DNA from: Bifidobacterium longum subsp. longum JCM 1217
GTDB lineage: Bacteria > Actinomycetota > Actinomycetes > Actinomycetales > Bifidobacteriaceae
Assembly (NCBI RefSeq): GCF_000196555.1
Contig: NC_015067.1
Coordinates: 300,001-332,000, forward strand
Direction: 5' to 3'
Length of the DNA stretch: 32,000 bases
Positions 18,848 to 26,283 of this stretch are shown here, piece by piece (positions within the stretch are counted from its first letter, which is position 1; the number at the start of each line of letters is the position of its first letter). A program made the translations under genes and the position numbers. The notes below the pieces were generated by a model that was not told the DNA's origin, made no database searches, and saw only the letters and a list, made by a program, of their open reading frames with translations.

Positions 18848-19552
18848 TCAACCGATGATACGGCCGAGCACCAGTGCGGTTGCGGCGATGGTCACGCCCA
18901 TCAGCATTACCGGCATCAGGCCGGTACCGATCCACGGATAACGGATATCCGGGTCCGGATCGGCGTCGCGCACCCACAACGTGGAAGCCACGGCCAAAGC
19001 CAGTCCCAAAACGATGAGGATGATCAGGGCAACGGTTCCCGCAACGGTGCCCTTGGCGAGCATCGCGCCCAAATCAGGTAGGAAGCACCAGCCGGCCACG
19101 GCGAGAGCTGCCACACCGGAAGTCACGGCGTGAGAGAGTGCGCGGATAAGATGTTCGCGCTTCTCACGAGCCATCTGGCGTCCGAAGGAGAAGACCACCA
19201 GCACCACCAGCAGCAGGCCCATGGCCAGTGCCCATGAATACCAAGGAAGTACCGAGCCATCCGCAGCGGTCTGATCCGGCGGCACCTTGCCGGTCGGGAA
19301 CGGCACGGTGACGAAAATCAGAGAAATCGCGCCAAACACCAAAGTGACGATACGATCCAGTATGCTGCCGCGGAACGGCCAGAATACGACAAATGCGGCC
19401 AACGTCAGAGCGGCGATAATCAAAGGGATGATGGGGACGGTGCCAGGGGAGGGAATGACCGTGGCTGCGATGAACAGTACATAGGACGTCAGTTGGGCCA
19501 ACAACATGCTCAGAGCTTTGTTCTTCCAACCCTCCTGGGTGATCTCGGTCAT
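18848..19552 (-). CDS. Hypothetical polytopic membrane protein (234 aa, about 6-7 predicted TM helices)
   Basis: ATG 19552 with GAGAGG upstream. The translation is dominated by hydrophobic stretches (LLAQLTSYVLFIAATVI, IIPLIIAALTLAAFVVFWPF, LAMGLLLVVLVVFSF, and others). I recognise no family motif. Confidence 0.6.
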   Translation of the reverse strand: MTEITQEGWKNKALSMLLAQLTSYVLFIAATVIPSPGTVPIIPLIIAALTLAAFVVFWPFRGSILDRIVTLVFGAISLIFVTVPFPTGKVPPDQTAADGSVLPWYSWALAMGLLLVVLVVFSFGRQMAREKREHLIRALSHAVTSGVAALAVAGWCFLPDLGAMLAKGTVAGTVALIILIVLGLALAVASTLWVRDADPDPDIRYPWIGTGLMPVMLMGVTIAATALVLGRIIG

Positions 19553-19614
19553 GATACGCCTCTCAGATAATCGAATTTCTATCCCAATCCTACGTCGGGC
19601 ATTGGAACGGTGAA

Positions 19615-19648
19615 ATCAAACAAAATAGCCCCTTCTGGTGAAGGGGCT
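19615..19648 (-). terminator. Intrinsic terminator downstream of mntP
   Basis: agcccctt (19627-19634) pairs with aaggggct (19641-19648) around a 6-nt loop. On the minus strand the stem is followed by ATTTTGTTTG. Confidence 0.75.
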
Positions 19649-19660
19649 TATGGCACTAAA

Positions 19661-20245
19661 TCAGAACGCGATAACGCCCAAATGCTCCAATAGCACTTTG
19701 ATGCCGAGTAGAATCAGCACCACGCCGCCGGCGATCTGCGCCGGCTTCTGCCAGCGGGAACCGAACGCGCGGCCAATGTGCAGGCCCGCAGCGGAGAACA
19801 GTCCGGTGACCACACCGATGCTGAGGATGGCGAATGCCATATGGGCTTTGGTGAACATGAAGGCCAGGCTCACGCCCACGGCGAACGCATCGATGCTGCA
19901 GGCCACGGCCAGGGGAAGCATATGCTTCCAATCGAACTGGGCGGTCTCCTTGGAGTTTTCCTCATCTTCTTCGAAGGCTTCGTGAACCATGTTGCCGCCG
20001 ATGAACACCAACAGGGCGAAGATGATCCAATGGTCGAATTGGGTTACGTATTTGCTGAATGTAGATGCCGCGAAATAGCCGAGAATAGGGAACAGCATCT
20101 GGAATCCGCCGAACCAGAGGGTGCTTTTCACGGCGTCTTGTACTCGTACGCGGGATACGGTCAGGCCTTTGCCAATGGATACGGCGAATGCATCCATAGC
20201 TACGGAAACAGAAATAAGCAGGATTTGAATGATTATCGAAATCAT
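19661..20245 (-). CDS. mntP: Manganese efflux pump MntP (DUF204 family), 194 aa
   Basis: Two internal repeats carry the family's signature motif: VSVAMDAFAVSIGKG and LAVACSIDAFAVGVSLAF. About six TM segments. Confidence 0.85.
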   Translation of the reverse strand: MISIIIQILLISVSVAMDAFAVSIGKGLTVSRVRVQDAVKSTLWFGGFQMLFPILGYFAASTFSKYVTQFDHWIIFALLVFIGGNMVHEAFEEDEENSKETAQFDWKHMLPLAVACSIDAFAVGVSLAFMFTKAHMAFAILSIGVVTGLFSAAGLHIGRAFGSRWQKPAQIAGGVVLILLGIKVLLEHLGVIAF

Positions 20246-20359
20246 GGTGTGACAGAAGGTTCATCGCCGGATTACCGTGCGATGGGCCTCGACCAGCGTT
20301 CCTACACGCCGCCTACGCCTAGTTGAAAAGACAAAACATTACTGTATCACAAAATACAA

Positions 20360-20404
20360 GCTCCCTCTGTTGGGGAGCTGGCGCAGTGAAACTGCGACTG
20401 AGGG
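20360..20404 (+). repeat. Copy D of the dispersed hairpin repeat (GCTCCCTCTGTTGGGGAGCTGGCGCAGTGAAACTGCGACTGAGGG)
   Basis: It shares the GCTCCC-N-GGGAGCTG...GACTGAGGG architecture with 1740-1904 and 27331-27371. It lies in the mntP-ppa intergenic region. Confidence 0.75.
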
Positions 20405-20429
20405 AGAGTAGAGCGGCTTTGCCACAAAT

Positions 20430-20457
20430 ACAACAAAAGGCCCCCGAAGGGGCCTCC
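20430..20457 (-). terminator. Intrinsic terminator downstream of ppa
   Basis: aggcccc (20438-20444) pairs with ggggcct (20449-20455) around the loop cgaa. The minus strand reads GGAGGCCCCTTCGGGGGCCTTTTGTTGTATTTG. Confidence 0.8.
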
Positions 20458-20478
20458 TGTCAACGATTCAGAATCGAA

Positions 20479-20973
20479 TCACTTCTCGGAATCGGCGAGA
20501 CGCTGACGCGCGGCAATGATTTCCTTTTCGGCGGCGTCAGCACCAGTCCAGTAGTCGCCCGGCAGGACTTCCTTGCCCGGCTCCAGAGCCTTGTACTGCT
20601 CGAAGAAGTGCTTGATTTCGGCCTTGTGGTACTCGTTGACGTCGTCGATGTCCTTGATGTCATCGAAACGAACGTCGGCGGGCACGCACAGCACCTTGTC
20701 GTCGCCGCCGGCCTCGTCGACCATGTGGTACAGGCCCACGGCGCGGCACTCGACCACGCAGCCCGGGAACACGGAGTTCGGAATCATCACGAGAGCGTCC
20801 AGCGGATCGCCGTCCTCGCCCAGGGTGCCGTCGATGTAGCCGTAGTCATCCGGGTAACCCATTGCGGTGAACAGGGTACGGTCCAGGAAGACGCGACCGG
20901 TCTCGTGATCGACTTCGTACTTGTTCTTGGAGCCGCGCGGAATTTCCACAACGACGTTGAAGGTTTCTGCCAT
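20479..20973 (-). CDS. ppa: Inorganic pyrophosphatase, family I (164 aa)
   Basis: AAGGAG lies upstream of ATG 20973. The translation is MAETFNVVVEIPRGSKNKYEVDHETGRVFLDRTLFTAMGYPDDYGYIDGTLGEDGDPLDALV... (signature D-x-D-P-x-D). Confidence 0.95.
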   Translation of the reverse strand: MAETFNVVVEIPRGSKNKYEVDHETGRVFLDRTLFTAMGYPDDYGYIDGTLGEDGDPLDALVMIPNSVFPGCVVECRAVGLYHMVDEAGGDDKVLCVPADVRFDDIKDIDDVNEYHKAEIKHFFEQYKALEPGKEVLPGDYWTGADAAEKEIIAARQRLADSEK

Positions 20974-21100
20974 GTCATTTCTCCTTGAAAATCGACAGTT
21001 ACGTTATCGTCTCACCACAATACCCTGTTTACGCCTGCAAAACAGGTGCGGAACTCAAGAAACCGTGCTGAGATTATGCCGACACTATGCCCAAACAGAC

Positions 21101-21128
21101 GAAATCCTCCCCTTGAGGGGAGGATTTC
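21101..21128 (-). terminator. Perfect 12-bp palindromic stem-loop downstream of glgE
   Basis: gaaatcctcccc (21101-21112), loop ttga, then ggggaggatttc (21117-21128). On the minus strand it is followed by GTCTGTTTGGG. Confidence 0.65.
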
Positions 21129-21200
21129 TAGCGGTTTACGCGCACGATAAACCCATGCACGTCAACGGCATCACTGTTGCATTACCGTTGCAGTACCGCA

Positions 21201-23441
21201 TCACTGCACGGACAGGATGTGGGCCACATCCGCCCAAGGAGCCAGAGACACGTAGTTGTCCCAACCCCACTGGAATTCGCGGCCGGTCAGCTCGTCGCGC
21301 ACGTTGAGCGGGCGGTCGGTGGGCAGACCCAGCTCGCTGAGTTCCAGGTGAATCATCGACTGGTGTGCGTTGTGTCCATCGAGGTTCACGACCACAATCA
21401 GCGTGTCCGCTTGGCCGGTACCGGTCAGTTCGGCCGGCGTGTGGCGTGCGAAAGCCAGAATATTCGGGTCGGACGTAGGCAGCACGGTGAGGTTGTGGTA
21501 GCTCAACGCGGCCGGGTGGGCGCGACGAATCTTGTTGAGTGCGGTGAGCATCTCGGCCACGCCGTACTGCTTGGCCTTGCTCCAATCGCGAACCTTGACC
21601 TCGTACTTCTCGTTGTCGATCTGCTCTTCGAAGCCGGGGCGCTGCTTGTTCTCGATGAGTTCGTAACCGTTGTAGATACCCCAGGACGGCGAGCCCATGG
21701 CTGCCAGCACCGCACGCACGCAGTGGCCGGCTACGCCGTTGTCTCGCACGTAAGCGGTGAGAATATCCGGCGTGGTGGGCCAGAAGGTGTTGTGCTGGTA
21801 GTAGCCGTCGTCGCCATTGGTGACCGGCAGATACTCTTCCAGTTCGTCCTTGGTGTTGCGCCACGGGAAGTAGCAGTGGGACTGGGTGAAGCCCACGTAG
21901 CTCAGGGCGCGCATCATGCCCGGGCGGGTGAATGCCTCGGCCAGGAACAGGATCTCCGGGTGCTTCTTGGTCACGGCGGCAATCACGTCCTGCCAGAAAC
22001 GCACCGGCTTGGTGTGCGGGTTATCGATGCGGAAGATGGTGACGCCCGCCTCGATCCACAGATTCATGATGCGTTCGACTTCTTTTTCGATGCCGGGCAT
22101 GTCGGCGTTGAAGTCGATCGGGTAGATGTCCTGATACTTCTTCGGCGGGTTCTCGGCGAAGGCGATGGAGCCGTCCGGCTTGTGGCGGAACCAGTTCGGG
22201 TGGGCCTTGACCCACGGGTGATCGGGCGAGCACTGCAGGGCGAAATCAAGCGCGATTTCCAGACCCAGTTCATGTGCACGCTGGCACAGGGCCTTGAAAT
22301 CGTCCATGGTGCCGAGCAGTGGATCCACGGTGTCGTGGCCACCTAGCTCGGAGCCGATGCCGAACGGGGAGCCCGGGTCATCGGGGCCGGCGACCAGCGT
22401 GTTGTTGCGGCCCTTGCGGTTGGTCACGCCAATCGGGAAGACCGGCGGCAGGTAGACGATGTCGAAGCCCTCGGCAGCGGCGCGTTCGAGGCCGGCCATC
22501 GAAGTCTTCAGCGTACCCTGAATGATCTTGCCGGTGTTCGGATCGATGGTGGCGCCTTCGGAACGCGGGAAGAACTGGTACCAAGCCGCGAAGCTGGACT
22601 TCGGGCGTTCCACCTTGAAGCGCTGGGGCTGGCTGGGGGAGATGCCGTCGCGCAGCGGGTGAGTCTCGTGCAGGGCGGCGATGGTCGGGTTGTCGCCGGC
22701 GGCGAGACGATCCTCGGCGCTCAGCGTCTGATCGGCCATGGTCTCAGCGGCCTTCTCCAAGGTCTTGCGATCGCGTGCGGTCAGGCCGGTGTCCGGGGTT
22801 TCGGCCCAACGGGCCAGCAACTCGGCACCGGAATTGAGTGCGTTGTCCACGTCGTCCATCACACGCACCTTGATGCGGGCGTCGTGCAGCCAGGAGACGT
22901 ACGCGTCTTCCCAACCTTCGATGGTCACGGTCCATTCGCCGAGCTGACGCTTGACGGCCGCGTAGCCATCCTCCCAAGGCTTCAGATCGCTGTGCTCGCC
23001 GCACTTGACCATCACGGTCCAACGATCGAGGCCGGGATTTACGCAGGTCATGGCCCGGCGCATGGTTTCCTTGCCGCGCGGGTTGCGCACGATGGCGGTG
23101 GCACCCACCTTGGTACGGCCTTCGATGAACACCTGGGCGGTCATCTCAAACGGTTCGCCGAGTTCCACACGGGCGGGGAAGATGCCGCGCTCCTCGGCGG
23201 GAGTGATGTCCATGACATTGATGCGGCCGAACTGGCCGGGCTCGTTTGCTTCGATGGACGGTGCGGGGGCTTCGACAGCCAGGCCTTTCAGCGCTGCTGC
23301 GGCGCGTGCCGTTTCGGCGCTGACTCTCTTGCGCTTGGTTGCGGGGCTCTTTCGGGCAGAAGTCGCCTTTGACTTCGTTTTCGTGGTGCTGTTATCGGTA
23401 TTACTAGTGCGCGTGGTCGCGCGATGTTGTACTGCTGCCAT
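21201..23441 (-). CDS. glgE: Alpha-1,4-glucan:maltose-1-phosphate maltosyltransferase GlgE (746 aa) with a K/T/S/A-rich N-terminal extension of about 70 aa
   Basis: GRINVMDITPAEERGIFPARVELGEPFEMTAQVF matches the GlgE N-domain. The GH13 core reads AWYQFFPRSEGA...GFDIVYLPPVFPIG..NRKGRNN...GSPFGIGS..GGHD...ALDFALQCSPDHPW...NPPKKYQDIYPIDF. Confidence 0.9.
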   Translation of the reverse strand: MAAVQHRATTRTSNTDNSTTKTKSKATSARKSPATKRKRVSAETARAAAALKGLAVEAPAPSIEANEPGQFGRINVMDITPAEERGIFPARVELGEPFEMTAQVFIEGRTKVGATAIVRNPRGKETMRRAMTCVNPGLDRWTVMVKCGEHSDLKPWEDGYAAVKRQLGEWTVTIEGWEDAYVSWLHDARIKVRVMDDVDNALNSGAELLARWAETPDTGLTARDRKTLEKAAETMADQTLSAEDRLAAGDNPTIAALHETHPLRDGISPSQPQRFKVERPKSSFAAWYQFFPRSEGATIDPNTGKIIQGTLKTSMAGLERAAAEGFDIVYLPPVFPIGVTNRKGRNNTLVAGPDDPGSPFGIGSELGGHDTVDPLLGTMDDFKALCQRAHELGLEIALDFALQCSPDHPWVKAHPNWFRHKPDGSIAFAENPPKKYQDIYPIDFNADMPGIEKEVERIMNLWIEAGVTIFRIDNPHTKPVRFWQDVIAAVTKKHPEILFLAEAFTRPGMMRALSYVGFTQSHCYFPWRNTKDELEEYLPVTNGDDGYYQHNTFWPTTPDILTAYVRDNGVAGHCVRAVLAAMGSPSWGIYNGYELIENKQRPGFEEQIDNEKYEVKVRDWSKAKQYGVAEMLTALNKIRRAHPAALSYHNLTVLPTSDPNILAFARHTPAELTGTGQADTLIVVVNLDGHNAHQSMIHLELSELGLPTDRPLNVRDELTGREFQWGWDNYVSLAPWADVAHILSVQ

Positions 23442-23481
23442 AAGGCCCTATTCTAAGGGCTTTTGAACATATGTTGCGCAT

Positions 23482-23552
23482 TGTGGATAACTATCAGGTA
23501 AACGTTCGGTCAACCGCATGAGGTGGATAACTCGGCGGAAGAGTTATCCACA
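23482..23552. promoter_or_regulatory. Three copies of TGTGGATAACT (DnaA-box-type motif) in the divergent glgE / LPXTG-gene intergenic region
   Basis: 23482-23490 is TGTGGATAA (perfect reverse complement of TTATCCACA). 23522-23530 is GGTGGATAA (8/9). 23544-23552 is TTATCCACA (perfect). Identity extends to 11-12 nt. Copies 2 and 3 form an 11/12 inverted repeat with a 7-bp spacer. Confidence 0.6.
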
Positions 23553-23681
23553 ACTCGCCGGCAAACGGCAAGCTCGGACCACATAGGTCGAAAAACCGGC
23601 TGTAGCGAATGAAAATCTGCCATGATCGTGGCCTACCCGCACACAGTGCAGTATGCGGGGAAACGTACCAGGAAAGGACGA

Positions 23682-25676
23682 ATGATGATAACGACATGGC
23701 GGCAACGGGGCATGGCCATCGTAGCGATGCTGACCGGTCTGATAATAATGGTGGGAGTGGTGTTCGGCTCGGCGAATACGGCGTATGCCGCGACGTTGAC
23801 GCCCGCCGACGAAAGATATCACGTGGCGTTTCCATACAACGATATGGAATATTACGTCGGTGTCGCGGGGCTGGACGCTTCGGGCAACAAGTACTACTGC
23901 ATCGAAGCGGGGAAACTGAGCGACTATGTGATAGGCCCCACCACGGTGCTTGCCTCCGATGAGAACGCCCGGCGTATGGCATGGATCCTTGACCGGTACC
24001 GCGACACGGATGCCGCCACCCATGCGGCGATCGGCATCATCGTGCAGGATCACTTCGGGCGCGATCGGGACGAGTGGGCGAGACAGATGGCGGTCATTCA
24101 AGGCCGGTACCCCGAGATCGTGGCGAAGGCGGCCCGGATATGGGATCAATCGGCCGGCAAGACGCCTGCGGGCACGACGGTGGAACGCACCGATGCCGAG
24201 GCTTTGCGCAGCGGTTCCATCTCGGTGAAAGTGGTGAACCGCGCCGGTGACGCGATCGCGGGAGTGCCGTTCACCGTCACCTTGCAGGGGGCGGCGCGGT
24301 TCGTCCAAGGCGGCAACACGTTCTCGGGGGTGTCGACGAGCGCCGGGTCCTCGATCGCGTGGGAGGCGACCGGCGCCGGCGAGGTGACGGCGAACACCAC
24401 ATACGAGTATGGGCGGATGCACGTCATGGACAGCACTCAGGACATGCTGGCCTTTGACTCGATGGCTTCCACTGGCGGCGCGTCGACGACATTTCGGGTG
24501 CGTAAGGATTTTGTTCCGGCGGTATCCACCAAGGTCTCCGAGAAGGTGCTTGATGTGGCTTCTCCGGTGTTCGATGACGTGACCAGTGGCGTGGCGGATG
24601 CGGACAGTTATTGGGTGCCCGATTTGGAATTGCAGGCCCGCGGATACTATTTCGATGGTCTTGATACGGGCGATGTGGGCAATGTCATTACGCCGAATGC
24701 ACAAGAGAGCGCCGATGCTTTTCTTGCGCGATTGGCGACTTTGGGTTATGAGCCGGTGGCCTATGGCAAGGCCTCTTTCACCGGGGTGGGGCAGCAGGCA
24801 CGTGTGCAGGCCATGACCAAGCCGGATGACGGTGCCGCTTACCGGACCAAGCAGAATAGCGTTTTTGGCACATGGGTATGGGTGTTTCGGCGGTCCGAGC
24901 AGAGCAAACAGGCGCAGGAATACCTTATAGGCGACTGGATAAGTCCGTTTATGGAGGCTACGGAAAGCAATACAAGTCGCAGGAAGCTAGAAGTCATGTC
25001 GACGGTCACTGAGCATTCGGCGGATATCGGTGCCGAGCTCAGCGACACCATTACCGTATCGGGATTCCCTGCGGATCATGGCCAGTATGCCGGCAACGAA
25101 GAGTATGAGTTCGCGGCGGATCGGCCGTATGCGACGGTGAGCGTATGGTGGTCCGGCGATCCCGACAACCCCTCCAACGATGAGGCGTACAAGCCATCCG
25201 GGGGAGAGGTTCCCACGGAAGACGACAACCACCGGTTGCTGGCCACCTGGGAGATTCCCGCGATGAACGGCACGTTCAAAATCGGCGCCGGGGCGTTGGA
25301 CGCGCATGGCGCTCCTATGTATCTGACCGCCGAACGGCCTGGGTGGTACGTGTTCGTCTGGCGGTTCGAGGGGGATGACCGTGTTTCCCCGGCGTCCAGC
25401 CGGTATGACGATGCCTGGGAGCGTGTGCGGGTGTTGCCCCCATGCGAGTCGGAGAAACCGTGCGAACCGGAGAAACCCGAGACGCCGCCGGCGCCGGCGG
25501 AGGCAACCACGCCCAACCCTCGCCCGTCACTGCCCGTCACGGGTGGCGATGTGTCGCTTGCCTCGGTTCTGGCCGTGTCAGCTCTGGCGATAGGCGCCAT
25601 ACTGTCCATCGTCGTTCGGTGGCGTCGTCGCTATGACCGATTCAAGCACTGGACGATGCGCTGGCCGATACGTTGA
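23682..25676 (+). CDS. LPXTG cell-wall-anchored surface protein (664 aa) with a thioester-domain-like N-terminal region and a Cna-B/prealbumin-like repeat
   Basis: GGAAAGGA lies 4 nt upstream of ATG 23682. Signal peptide MMITTWRQRGMAIVAMLTGLIIMVGVVFGSANTAYA/A. Motifs YYCIEAG (Cys codon 23898-23900) and AATHAAIG (His codon 24021-24023). SISVKVVNRAGDAIAGVPFTVTL is Cna-B-like. The C-terminus is LPVTG (25530-25544), then a TM segment, then RWRRRY. Confidence 0.8.
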   Translation: MMITTWRQRGMAIVAMLTGLIIMVGVVFGSANTAYAATLTPADERYHVAFPYNDMEYYVGVAGLDASGNKYYCIEAGKLSDYVIGPTTVLASDENARRMAWILDRYRDTDAATHAAIGIIVQDHFGRDRDEWARQMAVIQGRYPEIVAKAARIWDQSAGKTPAGTTVERTDAEALRSGSISVKVVNRAGDAIAGVPFTVTLQGAARFVQGGNTFSGVSTSAGSSIAWEATGAGEVTANTTYEYGRMHVMDSTQDMLAFDSMASTGGASTTFRVRKDFVPAVSTKVSEKVLDVASPVFDDVTSGVADADSYWVPDLELQARGYYFDGLDTGDVGNVITPNAQESADAFLARLATLGYEPVAYGKASFTGVGQQARVQAMTKPDDGAAYRTKQNSVFGTWVWVFRRSEQSKQAQEYLIGDWISPFMEATESNTSRRKLEVMSTVTEHSADIGAELSDTITVSGFPADHGQYAGNEEYEFAADRPYATVSVWWSGDPDNPSNDEAYKPSGGEVPTEDDNHRLLATWEIPAMNGTFKIGAGALDAHGAPMYLTAERPGWYVFVWRFEGDDRVSPASSRYDDAWERVRVLPPCESEKPCEPEKPETPPAPAEATTPNPRPSLPVTGGDVSLASVLAVSALAIGAILSIVVRWRRRYDRFKHWTMRWPIR

Positions 25677-25923
25677 CCCGCTGCGGCATGATGCCGATGA
25701 TGTCGGCTGGATGGTGAACCACACTCCGCTTCTGAGCAGAAGAACGGGAGCTGGGCACGAAGTCGATCGTAACATACGACTTGTGCCCGGCTTCCGCTTC
25801 GTTGAGAAACTTCACGCCTGTCGCCTCCCGTGGATTAGACAACTGAAGATCCGCGATGAAAATGACGAGACGTTTATGATCGCCGACTTCCCTGGGCACC
25901 GTAGCTGCCTGATCGCCTTTCAT
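25642..25923 (-). CDS. Small hypothetical ORF (93 aa from ATG 25923; 115 aa from GTG 25989), possibly a gene remnant
   Basis: The codon pattern is coding-like, but GC3 is about 63% in the stretch I counted by hand, lower than my by-eye impression of the neighbouring genes. Its 3' end overlaps the convergent LPXTG gene by 35 nt. Its 5' end abuts or overlaps the tRNA terminator hairpin, leaving no room for a promoter. I recognise no family. Confidence 0.25.
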   Translation of the reverse strand: MKGDQAATVPREVGDHKRLVIFIADLQLSNPREATGVKFLNEAEAGHKSYVTIDFVPSSRSSAQKRSVVHHPADIIGIMPQRVNVSASASSSA

Positions 25924-25947
25924 CCATATCGCCACGGTAAACGGAAA

Positions 25948-25979
25948 GGCCGCTGATTTCGGTACCGAAATCAGCGGCC
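25948..25979 (-). terminator. Perfect palindromic terminator downstream of tRNA-fMet
   Basis: ggccgctgatttcg-gtac-cgaaatcagcggcc: a 14-bp perfect stem. On the minus strand it is followed by TTTCCGTTT. Confidence 0.8.
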
Positions 25980-25994
25980 ATATAACCACGTTCG

Positions 25995-26068
25995 TAGCGG
26001 GGCATGGATTTGAACCATGGACCTCTGGGTTATGAGCCCAGCGAGCTACCGAGCTGCTCCACCCCGCG
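25995..26068 (-). tRNA. Initiator tRNA-Met (anticodon CAT), 74 nt, CCA not encoded
   Basis: The minus strand reads CGCGGGG-TG-GAGC-AGCTCGGTA-GCTC-G-CTGGG-CTCATAA-CCCAG-AGGTC-CATGG-TTCAAAT-CCATG-CCCCGCT-A. It folds as a full cloverleaf. The C1:U72 mismatch and the three G:C pairs closing the anticodon stem are initiator hallmarks. Confidence 0.95.
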
Positions 26069-26096
26069 TCGGCTTGTCTCTCAGACAGCTCTATCT

Positions 26097-26124
26097 ACAA
26101 TAGGTGCAGATTTCAGAAAGTCAA
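26097..26124 (-). promoter_or_regulatory. Sigma-70/SigA-type promoter for tRNA-fMet
   Basis: The minus strand reads TTGACT (26124-26119), a 16-nt spacer, then TATTGT (26102-26097). The predicted TSS is roughly 20 nt upstream of the mature 5' end. Confidence 0.6.
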
Positions 26125-26283
26125 CATCGGCGTGTCGCGTCATCTTCCCGCGGTTTTAAAACGTGAATTGGCTCACGCAGCGAGGGGTTTGGGGCGGAGT
26201 CGGAGTCGGGGTAATAACGCGCCATAAATGGCCGTTATAGGAATGCCCTGAACCGTTATCCCGAATATTGACATAATAGGAAC

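Noticed and set aside
20246-20420. Possible yybP-ykoY (manganese) riboswitch upstream of mntP. GGCGUGUAGG on the minus strand and GGGAGAGUAG on the plus strand both faintly resemble the conserved GGGGAGUAG.
   Set aside because: The minus-strand match leaves only about 65 nt to the ATG and lacks the conserved UUGACAUA and AGACC elements and the P1 pairing. The plus-strand match is on the wrong strand and belongs to repeat copy D. A covariance-model scan would settle it.
23496-23509. LacI-family operator-like sequence GTAAACGTTCGG between the DnaA-type boxes; glgE belongs to maltose and glycogen metabolism.
   Set aside because: Only the left half-site and the central ACGT fit a palindromic LacI-type operator. 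The right half is degenerate. This is not supportable without a genus-specific motif model.
23442-23681. Chromosomal replication origin (oriC) at the DnaA-box cluster and strand-switch point.
   Set aside because: There are only three boxes, no clear AT-rich unwinding element and no dnaA, dnaN or rpmH. A convergent switch lies just 11 kb away, so the orientation flip is local. It is kept as a DnaA-box-type regulatory cluster only.
23975-23995. ggcatggatccttgacc inside the adhesin gene resembles the tRNA-fMet 3' end (ggcatggatttgaacc). It was considered as an att-type direct repeat delimiting an island.
   Set aside because: The match is only about 9 contiguous nt plus scattered identities, it lies inside a conserved-looking coding motif (MAWILDRY), and it is compatible with chance.
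25642-25923. PemK/MazF-type toxin assignment for the small ORF next to tRNA-fMet.
   Set aside because: Only a loose GD..P..G...KR.V resemblance. The hydrophobic beta-strand pattern, the RP dipeptide and the central PxTS region are missing, and there is no antitoxin partner. It is left as hypothetical or a remnant.
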